From Squalus acanthias (taxonomy: Eukaryota), in NCBI GenBank assembly GCA_030390025.1, contig JASTWF010000323.1, positions 62,001 to 126,000 of the forward strand: a stretch of DNA of 64,000 nt, given 5' to 3'. The notes beneath the pieces were generated by a model. The model saw nothing but the letters and a program-made list of their open reading frames with translations. It searched no databases and had not been told where the DNA came from. This document shows, piece after piece, positions 11,931 to 24,358 of the stretch (position 1 is its first letter; each line of letters starts with the position of its first letter). Both the position numbers and the translations under genes were made by a program.

Positions 11931-12106
11931 GGTTAACTGAAGCTGTTTGTTCAGTGACTGTAATTAATGTCAGTCTCCACAGGTTAACTGAAGCTGTTTG
12001 TTCAGTGACTGTAATTAATGTCAGTCTCCATGGAACCTAATTGTATCAGTGTAGGGTTTCCCTCTTCTATTAATAAGGGACTCCTTTCAATGTCTTATCC
12101 CATAGT
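11931..12106 (+). promoter_or_regulatory. Putative proximal promoter of the GPCR, containing a 51-bp tandem duplication
   Basis: 11931-11979 is identical to 11982-12030; TATA-like TATTAATAA at 12068-12076; 100-275 bp upstream of the ATG. Confidence 0.45.
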
Positions 12107-12205
12107 GTGAGTGAGAGCGTCACCTCCGGCACTAACAGGGATCATCGCACTGCTCCACAGAGCGGGAGTCGGAATTGGAGAATAGTAGTTTGGAATGTTA
12201 AAACA

Positions 12206-12386
12206 ATGGATCGGAATCTGAGAACAGTAGATTGGAATGTTACATCAATGGGCAGGAGTTTCTCCTGGGCGTTTTACATTCTTTCTGAATATTCTAATTA
12301 TCTACCATTAGACACGCGGATCTTTTACGCACTTCAGATGATTCAGTGCATTTACTATCCCCTCCTTGCTGCTGTTGGTGTTCCTG
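12206..12386 (+). CDS. GPR139/GPR142-like class A GPCR, coding exon 1 (N-terminus and first half of TM1)
   Basis: ATG in strong context (acaATGG); MDRNLRTVDWNVTS..IQCIYYPLLAAVGVP; N-glycosylation sequon NVT; ends at G|GTAAGT (phase 1), in frame with exon 2. Confidence 0.85.
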
Positions 12387-12605
12387 GTAAGTCTCTCTGT
12401 CCAGCTATTCAATTAAAGATGTTTAACTGCATTACTGATCTTGTAATTTACTCTCCTCTCCTTGTTGCGGTTGTTGTTCCTGGTTAGGCTCTGTACCAGC
12501 CATTAATTCTGAAAATCTTGGCTAACTGTATTTCTGCTCTTGTAATTTACTCTCCCCTCTTTTCTGCTGTTGGTGTCCCCGTTAAGTCTCTATATCCAGC
12601 AATTA
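12349..12605 (+). repeat. Three tandem 96-99 bp copies of the exon 1 3' end and splice donor
   Basis: atttact.tcc.ctc.tt..tgc.gttg.tgt.cc.g.ta.g recurs with the donor-equivalent G at 12386, 12482 and 12581. Confidence 0.85.
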
Positions 12606-12649
12606 GGTCTGTGAACCACATTTCACTGTATCACTCTGTTGTCATTTAA

Positions 12650-13130
12650 ATCTTGGGAAGACAAAATCCATTGTCTTAGGTCCTCGTAACAAACTCAATT
12701 CTCTATCTACCAATTCAGTCCCCCTCCCTGGGCAATGTCTGAGGCTGAACCAGACATTTCACAACCTCGGCGTCTCTTTGAACCTGAGCTGAGCTCCGAC
12801 ATCATATCCTCTGAATCACCAGGCCTGCCTACGACCGCCTCCATAATATCGCCCATCTTTGCCAACGCCTCAGCCCTTCCGCTGCATAAACCCTCATCTG
12901 TGCGTTTGCTAAATCCAGACTCGACTATTGCAATGCTCTCCAGGACGGTCTAGCAGTTACAAGCCTCCATAAATTAGAGCTCATCCAAAACTCTGCTGCC
13001 CATATCCTAACAGGCATCATGTCCCATTCACCCATCACCGCTGTGATCACTGACCAATATTTTTTCCTGATCCGGCAAAACCTCGATCTTAATATTCTCC
13101 TCCTTGAGTTCAAATCTACCATGACCTCAC
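12650..13130 (+). mobile_element. L2 LINE ORF2 fragment
   Basis: Decayed SRLDYCNAL..LHKLELIQNSAAHIL..HSPITAV motifs. Confidence 0.75.
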
Positions 13131-13334
13131 CCCTCCAATTAGTCCCATTCCCCTGCTCTTTTCCCAATGACCCGAAAATTGTTCCCCTTCAAGTATTTAT
13201 CCAATTCCCCTTTTAAATTTAATTGCTTTCCCTTTGCACCTCTCCCAGTCTTTCTGACTCTATTTTGTCTTTATTTATTTATCTCTGTCTCTCTCTCTCC
13301 CACTTTTCTCTCTCTCTCTCTCTGCCACTTGCTC

Positions 13335-14040
13335 ACAGAATCATAGAATGGTACAGCACAGAAGGTGGCCATTTGGCCCATCGTGTCCGTGCCGTCTCTT
13401 TGAAAGAGCTATCTAAATAGTCCTACACTTTAGCCAGTGCTCTGTAAAAATTTCCACTTCAACTAATTATCTAATTCCCTGTCCAAAGTTACTATTGAAT
13501 CTGCTTGCACCACGTTCTCAGACGGTGCATTCCAGATCACAACAACTCACTGTGTAAAGAACATTCTCCTCACCTCTCTGGTTCTTTTGCCAATTAGCTT
13601 AAATCTTTGTCCTCTAGTTACCCAATATCCTGCCACTGCAAAAAGTGTCGAATAATTTACACTATCAAAACCCATCATAACTTTGAACATCTATATTAAA
13701 TCTCCCCATATGGAAAATTACAAAGCTAGACCAGGTGTAAAAGTTCTCAATGGGAGAAAGGCCAATTTTACTATGCTGAGATGTGATTAGCAAAAGTGAA
13801 CTGGAAACAGCTACTTGAAGGCACATCATTGTCAGAGCAGTTGGAGGCATTCAAGGAGGCGATAGTGAGGCTTCAGAGCAAATATGTTCCAACAAATAAA
13901 TAGGATGGCACTGCCAAATGTAGAGCTCCCTGTATGTCAAGGAGCATGCAGAGTAGGATAAAGGAAAAAAGGGAAGCATTTTTCAGATACAGAGAGCTCA
14001 ATACTACAAAAAGCCTAGAGGCGTATAGAAAGTGCAGGGG
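13335..14040. mobile_element. Two abutting CR1 fragments (3' end on -, ~13335-13710; EN-RT linker on +, ~13710-14040)
   Basis: CR1 tail cacagaatcatagaat at ~13335; linker peptide in ORF 13934 (SRIKEKREAFFRY..LEAYRKCR). Confidence 0.7.
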
Positions 14041-16282
14041 TTACATTGGATTACATGGGATATACAGCACAGAAACAGGCCATTCGTCCCAACCAGTCTT
14101 TGCTGGTGTTTATGCTCCACTCGAGCCTCCTCCTGTCTTTCCTCATCTAACTCTATCAGCATAACCCTCTATTCCCTTCTCCCTCATATGCTTATCTACC
14201 CCCTCCCTTAAATGCAACTATACTATTCGCTTCAACCACTCCCTGTGGTAGCGAGTTCCACACTCTCAAAACTCGCTGGAAAATAAGTTTCTTCTGAATT
14301 CCCAATTTCATTTCATGGTGACTGTCTTATGTTGATTGCCTCTGGTCATGCTCTTCCACACAAATGGAAAGACTCTCTCTGTATATAATCTATCAATTTT
14401 TTTCATGATTTAAAGACCTCCATTAGGTCACATCTCAGCCTTCTCTTTTCAAGAGTAAAGAGACACAGCCTGTTCATCCTTTCCTGATAGGTGTAACCTC
14501 GCATTTCTAATATCACCCTTGTTAATCTTCTCTGCTCCCTCTCCATTGCCTCTGTACAATTTTTCTTAATATGGCGACCAGAATTGAACACAGTACTCCA
14601 AGTGTGGTCTAACCAATGTTCGATACATGGTTTGCATAACTTCACTACTTTTCAATTCTCTCGCTCAAGAAAGAAACCCTAGTGCTTGGTTGGCTGTTTG
14701 TATGGCCTTGTTAACTTGTGTAGATATTTTTAGTAACTTGCATATTTGTACCCGCAAATCCCTTTGTTCCTCTACCCCATTTAGATTCTTATTTTCCAAG
14801 CAATTTGTGAACTCCCTATTTTTCTTAACAAAAAGGAATACTTTACCTTTATCTACGTTGAATTTCATTCAGCAATTTTATGCCCATTCTGCAAGTCTAT
14901 TAATGTCTTCTTTTAATGTGTTGCAGTCCTCCTCAGTATTGGCTATTCCCCGCCCAGCCCCCCAAATTTGGTGTCGTCCACGAATTTAGAAATTGTGCTT
15001 TTGATTCTAAAGTCTAAATCGTTAAGATAAATTGTGAACAACAGTGGTCCCAGCACTGATCCTTGTGGAACACCACTTCCCACCTTCTGCCACTCTGAAT
15101 AGCTATCCTTTACCCCTACTCTCTGCTTTCTGTCTTGAAGCCAGCTAGCTTTCCATTCTGCTACTGTCCCCTGACTCCGCATTCCCTGACCTTATTCATT
15201 TTTTTATTAGGCTGTATCTTATCGAAGACCTTTTGAAAATCTAGATAAATTACATCTACTGCATTACCCTTGTCTACTCTCTCTCTGTTATCGCTTCAAA
15301 CAATTCAATAAGGTTGGCCAAGCAAGACCATCCCTTTCAAAATCCATGCTGACTCTTCATTATTATATTTTTCATTTCCAGAGGATCTTCTATTTTCTCC
15401 TTTAGTAGGGATGCCAATATTTTCCCTATGACCGATGTTAAGCATGTCTGGCCTAAATTTCTCTGGACATATTCTATATCCCATCTTAAATATAGATAGT
15501 ACATTAGGTATCCACCGGTCCTATGGCACTACACCTTTTTCTAACGAATTGCTTATATGTGTAGTAATGCATCTGTTATTTCTTCCCAAGATTCTTTTAA
15601 CATGCGCAGATGTAATCCATCTGGACCAGGGGTTTTATTCTCTTTGTGTTTGATTAGTTTATTCAGTAAATCTCCTCGTTTTATTTTGAATGCTATTAAT
15701 TCAGTAGTAATCTCATCATCCAATGTCATCTCCACCTGTTCTATCTCCCTGGTAAATACTGCAGCAAAGTTATTATTTAATACCTCTGCCATGACTCTAT
15801 TGCTGCCTGTGGTATTATCCACTCCATGTCTTCGTGGCCCTATACCCAACTCAACCTTCCTTTTTTTATTCATGTCCCTGTATAATATTTTACTTTTTTT
15901 TTATGTCCCTTGATAATTTAATTTAATTTCATAGTTCCTCTTTGCCTTCCTTATTTTTTTGAGTTAATTCCTAATCCCCTTCATATTATCCTTATCGTAC
16001 ACTCCTCTGCTGTCCATGTACTTAATGTTTGACTCTTTTCTTAACCACATTTTTTTCCTTATCGCTTTATTCATCCACAGTGTCTCATTGCTGTTTAACT
16101 TGTTCGTGTTTATTAGCAGAATATAATTTTACTGGACTCGGTTGAACACTGTCTTAAATGTTTACCATTGCTGTTGAACATCATTGGTTGTCAATATTTT
16201 TGCCCATTTTATTTTCCCAAGTGCTTTTCTTAGCCCCTGAAAATGAGCTTTTCTCCAATCTATTAACCTGATCTTTGTATTA

Positions 16283-19200
16283 GAATCATAGAATCATAGA
16301 AAGTTACAGCACGGAAGGAGGCCATTTTGGCCCATCGTGTCCGCACCGGCGAACAAAGAGCTATCCAGCCTAATCCCACTTCCCAACTCTTGGTCCGTAG
16401 CTCTGCATGTTAGAGCATCCCAAGTGCACATCCAAGTACTTTTTAAATGTGGTTAGGCTTCCTGCCTCTACCACACTTTCAGGCAGTGAGTTCCAGAATC
16501 CCACAACCCTTTGGGTGAAGAAATGTTCCCTTAAATTGACTATAAACCTTCCCCCAATTACTTTAAATCTGTGCCCCCATGTTTTTGACCCCATTCTGCT
16601 AAGGAAAATAGGTTTTTTCTAACCAGTATATCTATGCCCCTCATAATTTTATACACCTCAATAAGTTCTCCCCTCAGCCTTCTCTGTTCCAAGGAAAGCA
16701 GACCCAACCTATCAAGTGTTTCCTCATAGCTAAGATTCTCTACTCCAGGCAACATCCTTGTAAAACATGCTCTGTACCCTCTCTAGTGCAATCACATCTT
16801 CCCTGTAATGTGGTGACCAGAACTGCACGCAGTACTCTAGCTGAGCCCTAGCTAGTGTTTTATATAGTTGAAGCATAACCCCCCTGCTCTTGTATTCTAT
16901 GACACGTCTAATGAAGGCAAGCATTCCGTATGCCTTCTTAACCAACTTATCTACTTGTCCTGCTACCTTCAGGGATCTGCGGACATGCACTCCAAGATCC
17001 CTTTGTTCCTCTACACTACTCGGTGTCCTAGCATGTAATGTGTATTCCCTTTCCTTGTTAGCCCTCCCCAAATGCATTACCTCAAACTTCTCCGGATTTA
17101 ATTCAATTTGCCACTGTTCTGCCCACCTGACCAATTTATTGATATCTTCCTGCAGTCTACAGTTTCTTTTTCAGTATCAACCACACAGCCCATTTTAGTA
17201 TCATCTGCAAACTTCTGAATCATACCCCCTATTTTCAAGTCAAGACCATTGATATATACCACAAAAAGCAAGGGACCTAGTACTGAGCCCTGCGGAAGCC
17301 CACGGGAAACAGCCTTCCAGTCACAAAAACACCCATCAACCATTACCTTTTGTTTCCTGTTTACGAGCCAGTTTTGAATGCAACTTGACACTTTACTCTG
17401 GATCCCATGGGCTTTTAACTTCGTGTCCAGTCTGCCATGTGGAACCTTATCAAAAGCCTTGCTAAAGTCCATATACATTACACCAAACGCACTACCCTCA
17501 TGGACCCTCCTTGTTACCTCCTCAAAATATTCAATCAAGTTTGTCAGACACCACCTTCCCGTAACAAATCCGTGCTGACTATCCTTGATTAATCTGTGTA
17601 TGTCTAAATGAAGATTTATCCTATCCTTCAGAATTCTTTCCAATAATTTTCCCACCACGGAGGTTAGGCATACTGGCCTGTAATTACTCGGTCTATCCTT
17701 TACTTCCTTTTTAAACAAGGTTAACACATTAGCAGTCCTCAAGTCATCCGGCACCACACCAGAAGCCAGAGAGAATTGAAAAATGATTGTCAGAGACTCT
17801 GCTATTTCCTCGTTTGCTTTGCTTAGCAGCCTGGGATACATTTCATCCAGGCCTGGGGAATTGTCCACATCTAAAGCTGCTAAACCCCTTAATACTTCCT
17901 CTCTCACTATGTTTATTTCATCTAATATTTCACACTTCTTCCCACCCCCCGACAGCAATTTCTGCTTCGACCCTCTCCTTTGTGAAAATAGACGCAAAGT
18001 ATTAAATAAGAACCCTACCGACGTCTCCCGCCTCCACACACGGATAATACTCATGTTCTCTAATAGGCCCTACCCTTTCTTTAGTTTTCCTCTTACTCTT
18101 AATATATTTATACATTTTCTTTGTGTTTTCCTTGATTTTACTTGCCAAGAGTTTTTCATGCTCTCTCTTTGCTTTCCTAATATCATTTTTAAATGCACCC
18201 CTGCGCTTACTGTACTCCTCTAAAGATTCTGGAGTATTTAGCCCTCGGTATCAGTCATACACCTCCCATTTTTCTTTATCCTACCCTGCATGTCTCTAGG
18301 CATTCAGGGGGCTCTAATTTTGTTAGTCCCACCCTTTTTATCCATGGGCACATGTTTGGTCTGTATATCACAGAATCACAGAATCCCCACAATGCAGATA
18401 GAGGCCATTTCGTCCCATCGAGCCTGCACCGACACATATCCCACCCTATTCCCGTAACCCCACGTATTTAATCCCCCTAACAATAAGTGTCAATTTATCA
18501 CAGCCAAATCAACCTAACCCGCACATCTTTGGACTGTGGGAGGAAACCGGAGCTCCCGGAGGAAACCCACGCAGACACGGAGAGAATGTGCAAACTCCAC
18601 ACAGACAGTCACCCGTGGCCGGAATCGAACCCGGGTCCCTGGTGCTGTGAGGCAACATTGCTAACCGCTATGCCACCGTGTTGCCCACACGGATCTAAAG
18701 CCCCCGGATCTCCTCCTTGAATGCCTCCCACTTCTCTGACACTGATTTCCCTTCAAGTAGCTGTTTCCATTCCACTATGTCTAAATCCCCTCTGAGCTTA
18801 TCAAAATTTGCTTTTCCCCAATTCAGATATGTTTTTTTCCTTGTCTATCCTTGTCCTTTTCCATAACTACCTTAAATCTAACAGAATTATGGTCACTAGC
18901 ACCAAATTGCTCCCCCACTGATAAGGCTTCTACCTGCCCAGCTTTATTCCCTAAAACTAAGTCCAGAAACTCCCCCTCCCTTGTTGGGCTTGCTACATAC
19001 TGGCTAAAAAAGTTCTCCTGGATGCATTCTAGGTATTCGCCACCTTCGATACACTTCACACTAATTTTATCCCAGTTAACACTGGGGTAGTTGAAATCCC
19101 CCACTATTACTTATTACTGCCCTATAATTTTTGCACTTCTCAGAAATGTGTCTGCATATTTGTTCGTCTATCTCCCTCTCACTGTTTGGGGATCTGTAGT

Positions 19201-21000
19201 ACAATCCCAGCAGTGTGGTCGCCCATTTTTGTTTTTCAATTCGACCCATATGGCCTCGTCTCATGATCCCTCCAGCATATCATCCCTCCTCACAGCTGTA
19301 ATAATTTCTTTAATCAATTCCGCGACCCCGCCTCCCTTTTACCGCCCTCTCCATGCCGTCTGAAAATCCTGTAAACAGTAATGTTGAGCTGCCATTCCTG
19401 CCCCTCTTTCAGCCACGTGTCTGTAATAACTATAATATCATAGTCCCAAGTATCTACCTGTGCCCTCAGCTCATCTGCCTTGTTCGCTATACTCCTTGCA
19501 TGGAAGTATATATCATTTAGTACAGGCAAACCTTCTTGTTGACTACTATCTAGCCCTTGATTCCTCTGTCCTTCTAATTTAGTTTCTACCTTTTTGTTTT
19601 CCAATTCCAGTTTGTCTTCCCTCTCTATTGACTCAATAGTTAGGTTCCCATTCACCTGCAAAGCTAATTTAAACCCTCCCCAACAGCACTAGCAAACCAT
19701 CCCGCGAGGATATTGGTCCCGTTCCCGTTGAGGAGCAACCCGTCTGGCTTGTACAGGTTCCACATTCCCCATAAACGGTTCCAATTACACCGGAATCTAA
19801 AGCCCTCCTTCCTCCAACCTCTCTCCAGCCACGCATTCATCAGCTCTATTTTTCTATTTCTGAACTCAATAGCACGTGGCACTAGTAGTAATCCGGAGAT
19901 TACTACCTTTGAGGTCCTGCTTTTTAACCTCTTTCCTAGCTCCCTTAACCCTGCCTGCAGGACCTCATCCCTCTTCCTACATATGTAATTAGTACCGATA
20001 TGGACTACGACCTCTGGCTGTTCACCCTCCCCACTCAGAATGCCCTGCAGCTGCTCAGTGACATCCTTGACCCTGGAAACAGGGAGGCAACATAGCATCC
20101 TGGAGTCACGCCTGCGGCCGCAGAAACGCCTGTCTGCTCCCCTAACTATTGAATCCCCCATCACTATAGCTCTCCCTCTCCTCTTCCCCCCCCGCCTGTG
20201 CAGCTGAGCCTTCCATGGTGCTGTAGACTTGGCTCGGGCTGCACTCCCCGGAGGAACCATAGCCCTCACCAGTACTCAGCACCGAATACTGGTTGGTGAG
20301 CAAGATGGGCTCAGGGAACTCCTGCACTACCTGCCTGGTCCTCCTCTTCTGTCTGACGGTCACCTATTCTCTCTCTGCCTGCACACTCTTAAGCTGCGGG
20401 GTGACCAGCTCCCGAAACGTGCTATCGACGTAGCTCTCAGCCTCGCGGATGCACAGCAGTGACTGAAGCCGCCGCTCAAGCTCCGTAACCCGGTGCTCAA
20501 GCTGCTGCAGCTGGCGACACTTCCCGCACATGTGTTGGTCCAGACCACGGGAAGTGTCCAGGACTTCCCACATGGCAAAGGATGTGCTTTCCACGGGCGT
20601 GAGCTGCGCTGCCATACCTGTAATTAACCTCTAATTTAGTAAACTAGCTGGAATAAACATCAAAACTTTAAAAAAGCCAAGTATAAACCCTGACCAGATA
20701 CTCACCATTCAGTTCCCTTCCCTTGTGTCGACGTCACTTTTGACTTTTGACGTCACTCTTTGAAAATTGTGCCGCAGACTCGCTGCTCCTCCCAGGTCCG
20801 CACTGCCGCTGCTGCTGCTGTTGTGCGGCCTTCCTCCGCCTGGGGCTCATTTATACCGCCGCTGCCGCCTCGCCGCTCCTCCTCGGTTCGCTCTGCCGCC
20901 ACTGTTGCTGTTGCTGTGGAGCCTACCTGCGCCTGAGGCTCATTTTAAGCCGCTGCTGCCGCGTTGCCGCTCCTCCCAAGTCCGCACTGCCGCCGCTGCT
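16283..21000 (-). mobile_element. Full-length decayed CR1 LINE, copy A (5' UTR, ORF1 with Zn finger/coiled coil/SGNH esterase, ORF2 with APE+RT)
   Basis: ORF1 ATG at 20615, GDSIVR/HIGTN motifs, stop at 19664; ORF2 ARSIANK, GDFNYP, SDHN, YRPVCLTS, KFADD; tail gaatcata repeats at 16283; several frameshifts. Confidence 0.95.
18367..18686 (-). mobile_element. tRNA-derived V-SINE of HE1 type
   Basis: On -: A box ggtggcatagcggttag, B box ggttcgattcc, V domain gtggagtttgcacattctc..gcgtgggtttcctccggg..ccggtttcctcccacagtccaaaga, CR1-like tail gattctgt; inserted in ORF2 of copy A. Confidence 0.88.
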
Positions 21001-21570
21001 ACATATATCGTTCTTAATTAATATCTTAAAGCGTATTATATTATGGTCACTATTGCCTCGAAGTTCCCGCACTTTCACTTCTCTTATTTGATCTGGTTCA
21101 TTCCCCGTTACTATATTCAATAGACAATCCTTCCTTGTTGGGTTTTTACATATTGATTTCTAAAGGAGTCCTGTGCGCATTTTAGGAAATCCATTCCCTT
21201 ATGTCCTTTATCTACATCTTTTGTCAAGTTAATATGTGAGTAGCTGAAATGCCCCATGATTATTCTTCTATCTTTTTTACTCATTGCCCTAATTTGCCTG
21301 CATATTTCTTCCTCCACCACCCTTCCACTATTATGTGGTCTGTAGGCTACCCCTATTAGTGTGATTCATCCTATAGTATCGTTTATCTCTATCTACATGG
21401 ATTCTATTTCGGTCTTGCTGATAGCTGCGTCAATTTTTTCCACTGATATTATGTTATCCCGAATAATTATAGCGACTCCACCTCCCCTTTTCCACTCTCT
21501 ATCTTTTCTAAATATGTTATACCCTGCAATGTTTAATTCACAGTCCTAATTTTTCTGCAGCCATGTCTCA

Positions 21571-23190
21571 GTGAAATTTAAAAGGATTTTCGGAAAGCAA
21601 AGAGAGGGCTTGAAAAATACTGGCAAGTTAAAGATGTTTAATGAATACATAAAGAGCAAGAGGCTAACGAGGAAAAGAGTAGGGCCTATTAGATACCCAA
21701 AAGGTAAGCTGTGCGTGGAGGCAGATGACGGGAGTATGGTTCTTAAGGACTACTTTGCGACTGTCTTCACAGAAAAGAGGGACAATGCAGACATTGTACT
21801 TAAAGAGGAAGAGTGTGAAATAGTAAATGGAATAAACAAAGAGAAAGAGGAAGACTTAAGAGGTTTAGCATTTTTAAAGTAACTAATCGCCAGGCCCGGA
21901 TAAAATGTATCCCAGGCTGTTAAGAAAGGCAACGGAATGTCGTGTCTGAGTAACTTGATTTAATTTTTTGAGGAGGTAACGAGGAGGGTCGATGAGGGTA
22001 GTGCATTTGATGTGGTCTACATAGATATTACAAGGCATTTGAAAAGATCCCAATTGAAAGTTTGGTCAAAAATGTAAAAGCCCATGGGAGCCAAGGGAAA
22101 GTGGAAAGTTGGATCCAAAATTGGCTCAGTGGCTGGAAGAAATGCGTAATGGTCGACAGATGTTTTTGTGACTGCAAGTTTGTTTCCAGTGGCGTTCTGC
22201 ATGGCTCAGTATCAAGTCCCTTGCTTTTTGTGGTATACGTCAATGATTTAGACTTCAATGTAGGGTGCATGATTAAGAAGTTTGCAGATGATACAAACAT
22301 TGGCCCTGTGGGTGATAGTGAGGAAGGTAGCTGTACGTTGCAGAAATATATTTATGGACTCGTCAGGTTGCCAGAAAAGTGGTAGATGCAATATAATCCA
22401 TAGAATTGGGGTAGGCTAACAAGGCACGCGAATACACAAGAAATGGTAGGATACTGTGAAATATAGAGGAACATAGGGACCTTGACTTGCATGTACACAG
22501 ATCCTTAAAGTAAGCAGGACAGGTAGATAAGGTGGTCAAGAAGGCATACGGGGTACTTTCCTTTATTAGCCGAGGCATAGAATATAAGAACAGGGACGTT
22601 ATGCTAGAAATGTATAAAACACTAGTTAGGCCACAGCTAGAGTACTGCGTACAGTTCCGATCACAACTTTAAAGGAAAAATGTGATTGCACTAGAGAGGG
22701 CACAAAGGAAATTTACGAGGATGTTGCCAGGACAGGAGATTTGTTGCTGTGAGGAAAGATTGGACAGGTTGGTTTTATTGCCTTTGGAACAGAGGAGGCT
22801 GAGAGGAGATTTAACTGAGGTGTTTAAAATTATGAGGGGCCTAGATAGAGTGGAAAGGAAGGACCTATTTCTAGTAGCAGAGAGCTCAATAACCAGGGTG
22901 CATAGATTTAAAGTAATTGGTAGAAAGATTCGAGCGGAGTTGAGGAGAATTGTTTTAACCAGTGTTTGGAGGGGGTCTGGAAAGCACTGCCTGAAAGGAT
23001 TTAAGAGGCAGAAACCCTCATCACATTAAGAAGTACTTGGATATGCACTTGATGTGTCACAACTTGCAAGGCTACGGACCAAGAGCTGTAAAGTGGGATT
23101 AGGCTGGATAGCTTTTTCTCGACCGGCGCAGACACAATAGGCCGAATGGCCTTTTTCTGTGCCGTAAATTTCTATGATTCTATAATTCTA
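21571..23190 (+). mobile_element. Truncated, internally deleted CR1 LINE
   Basis: ORFs at 21571, 22062 (KKFADDT) and 22682; tail ttctatgattctataattctatg. Confidence 0.9.
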
Positions 23191-23214
23191 TGTTTCTTAA
23201 CCTTCGCTGCTGAT

Positions 23215-23978
23215 AGAGAACAATCCCAGCTTCCCCAGACTCTACACGTAACTGAAGTTCCAGATTCCTGTTACATTTCTGGTAAATCTCCTCTACACCT
23301 TCACTACTCCTTGACATGCTTTCCAATGTCTGGTTCTCAGAATAGGACACAATACACCAGCTGGGGCCTAGCTAATGTCTTAGAGAAGGTTAGCATTTCT
23401 TCCTGGAGGTTGCTACTCCTTGACTCTGTTTGTAAAGCCAAGGACTCTCTATGCTTTTTTAACAGGAGTCGCAACTTATCCTGCCACCTTCAAAGATGTG
23501 TATAAGTCCACCCCAGATCTCTCTGACCTTGCACCCGATTTAACGTTACACCATTCATTTTTTATTGCCTCTCCTCATACTTCCTACCAAAATGTATCAC
23601 TTCATCATTCTCTTTGTTAAATTGTATCTGCCATGCGTCTTCCCATCTCACCAGTTTGTCTGTGTCCTCCCGAAGACTGTTACTACCCTGCTCATTGTTT
23701 ATTAGCTTTTCCGAGCTTCCTGTCATCTGCAAACTTTCAAATTATGCGCTGTATACCCAAGTCTATCGCAGTAAAATACATGTAAAGGGCAATGGTCTCA
23801 ATGCCGACCCGTGGGAAACAACACTGTATACTTCCCTCCAGTCTGAACAACAACCGTTTAGCACTGTTCTCTGCTTTCTGTCTTTCAGCCAATTTCCCAG
23901 CAATGTTACCACTGCCACTTTAATCCTATGGGCCTCAACTTTGGTATTATGTGTTACTTTATCAAACGCCTTTTGAAA
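23215..23978 (-). mobile_element. Old CR1 RT fragment
   Basis: FQKAFDKV..WLKDRKQRTV in ORF 23763..24041. Confidence 0.8.
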
Positions 23979-24167
23979 GGATAGGGAAATTGGGAAAGTA
24001 TGGGCAGTATCAATCATAGAATCAAAGAATTGGTAAACCATGTTGTGTTGACAATTTGTTTAGCGGAGCATGACGTCTGCATGGATCATCGGCCTCGCCT
24101 GGTTTCAATCAATGATTTAAAATTCATTGATTTTATTCCTATTTTAATATTTATATCTTTTTGTTCT

Positions 24168-24352
24168 TAGGATATGTGTGATGTTGTCCAGAATGGTATT
24201 AGTTCCCCATCCCTAGTTACCCATGAGAAAATGGTGGGCCTTCATCTTGAGTCGCTGCAGTCCGTGTAGTAAAGGTGCTCCCACAATACTGTTAAGGAAG
24301 GAATTTCAGGCTTTTGACCCAGTGACGATGAGGGAAGGGCGATATTTTTGAA
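24168..24352 (-). mobile_element. 3' fragment of the LINE family seen at 50659-53856
   Basis: Reverse complement resembles ~53650-53835; a similar piece lies at ~7936-8035. Confidence 0.65.
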
Positions 24353-24358
24353 GGGTTC

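Larger units (their letters stand above)
14042..21570 (-). mobile_element. Older CR1 LINE (EN to 3' tail), split by an insertion at 16283-21000
   Basis: [22 protein letters not shown] (14943..15182); EN end GNSDHNIIRFKI at ~21060 joins TKIRLIDW at ~16275 once the insert is removed. Confidence 0.88.

Noticed and set aside
12107..12487. 126-aa single-exon ORF starting at GTG
   Set aside because: Better explained as GPCR exon 1 (ATG 12206) reading through the donor into a duplicated intron segment
18600..18686. tRNA genes (also at 24359 and 50659)
   Set aside because: The A/B boxes run into SINE or LINE bodies; no complete cloverleaf is evident
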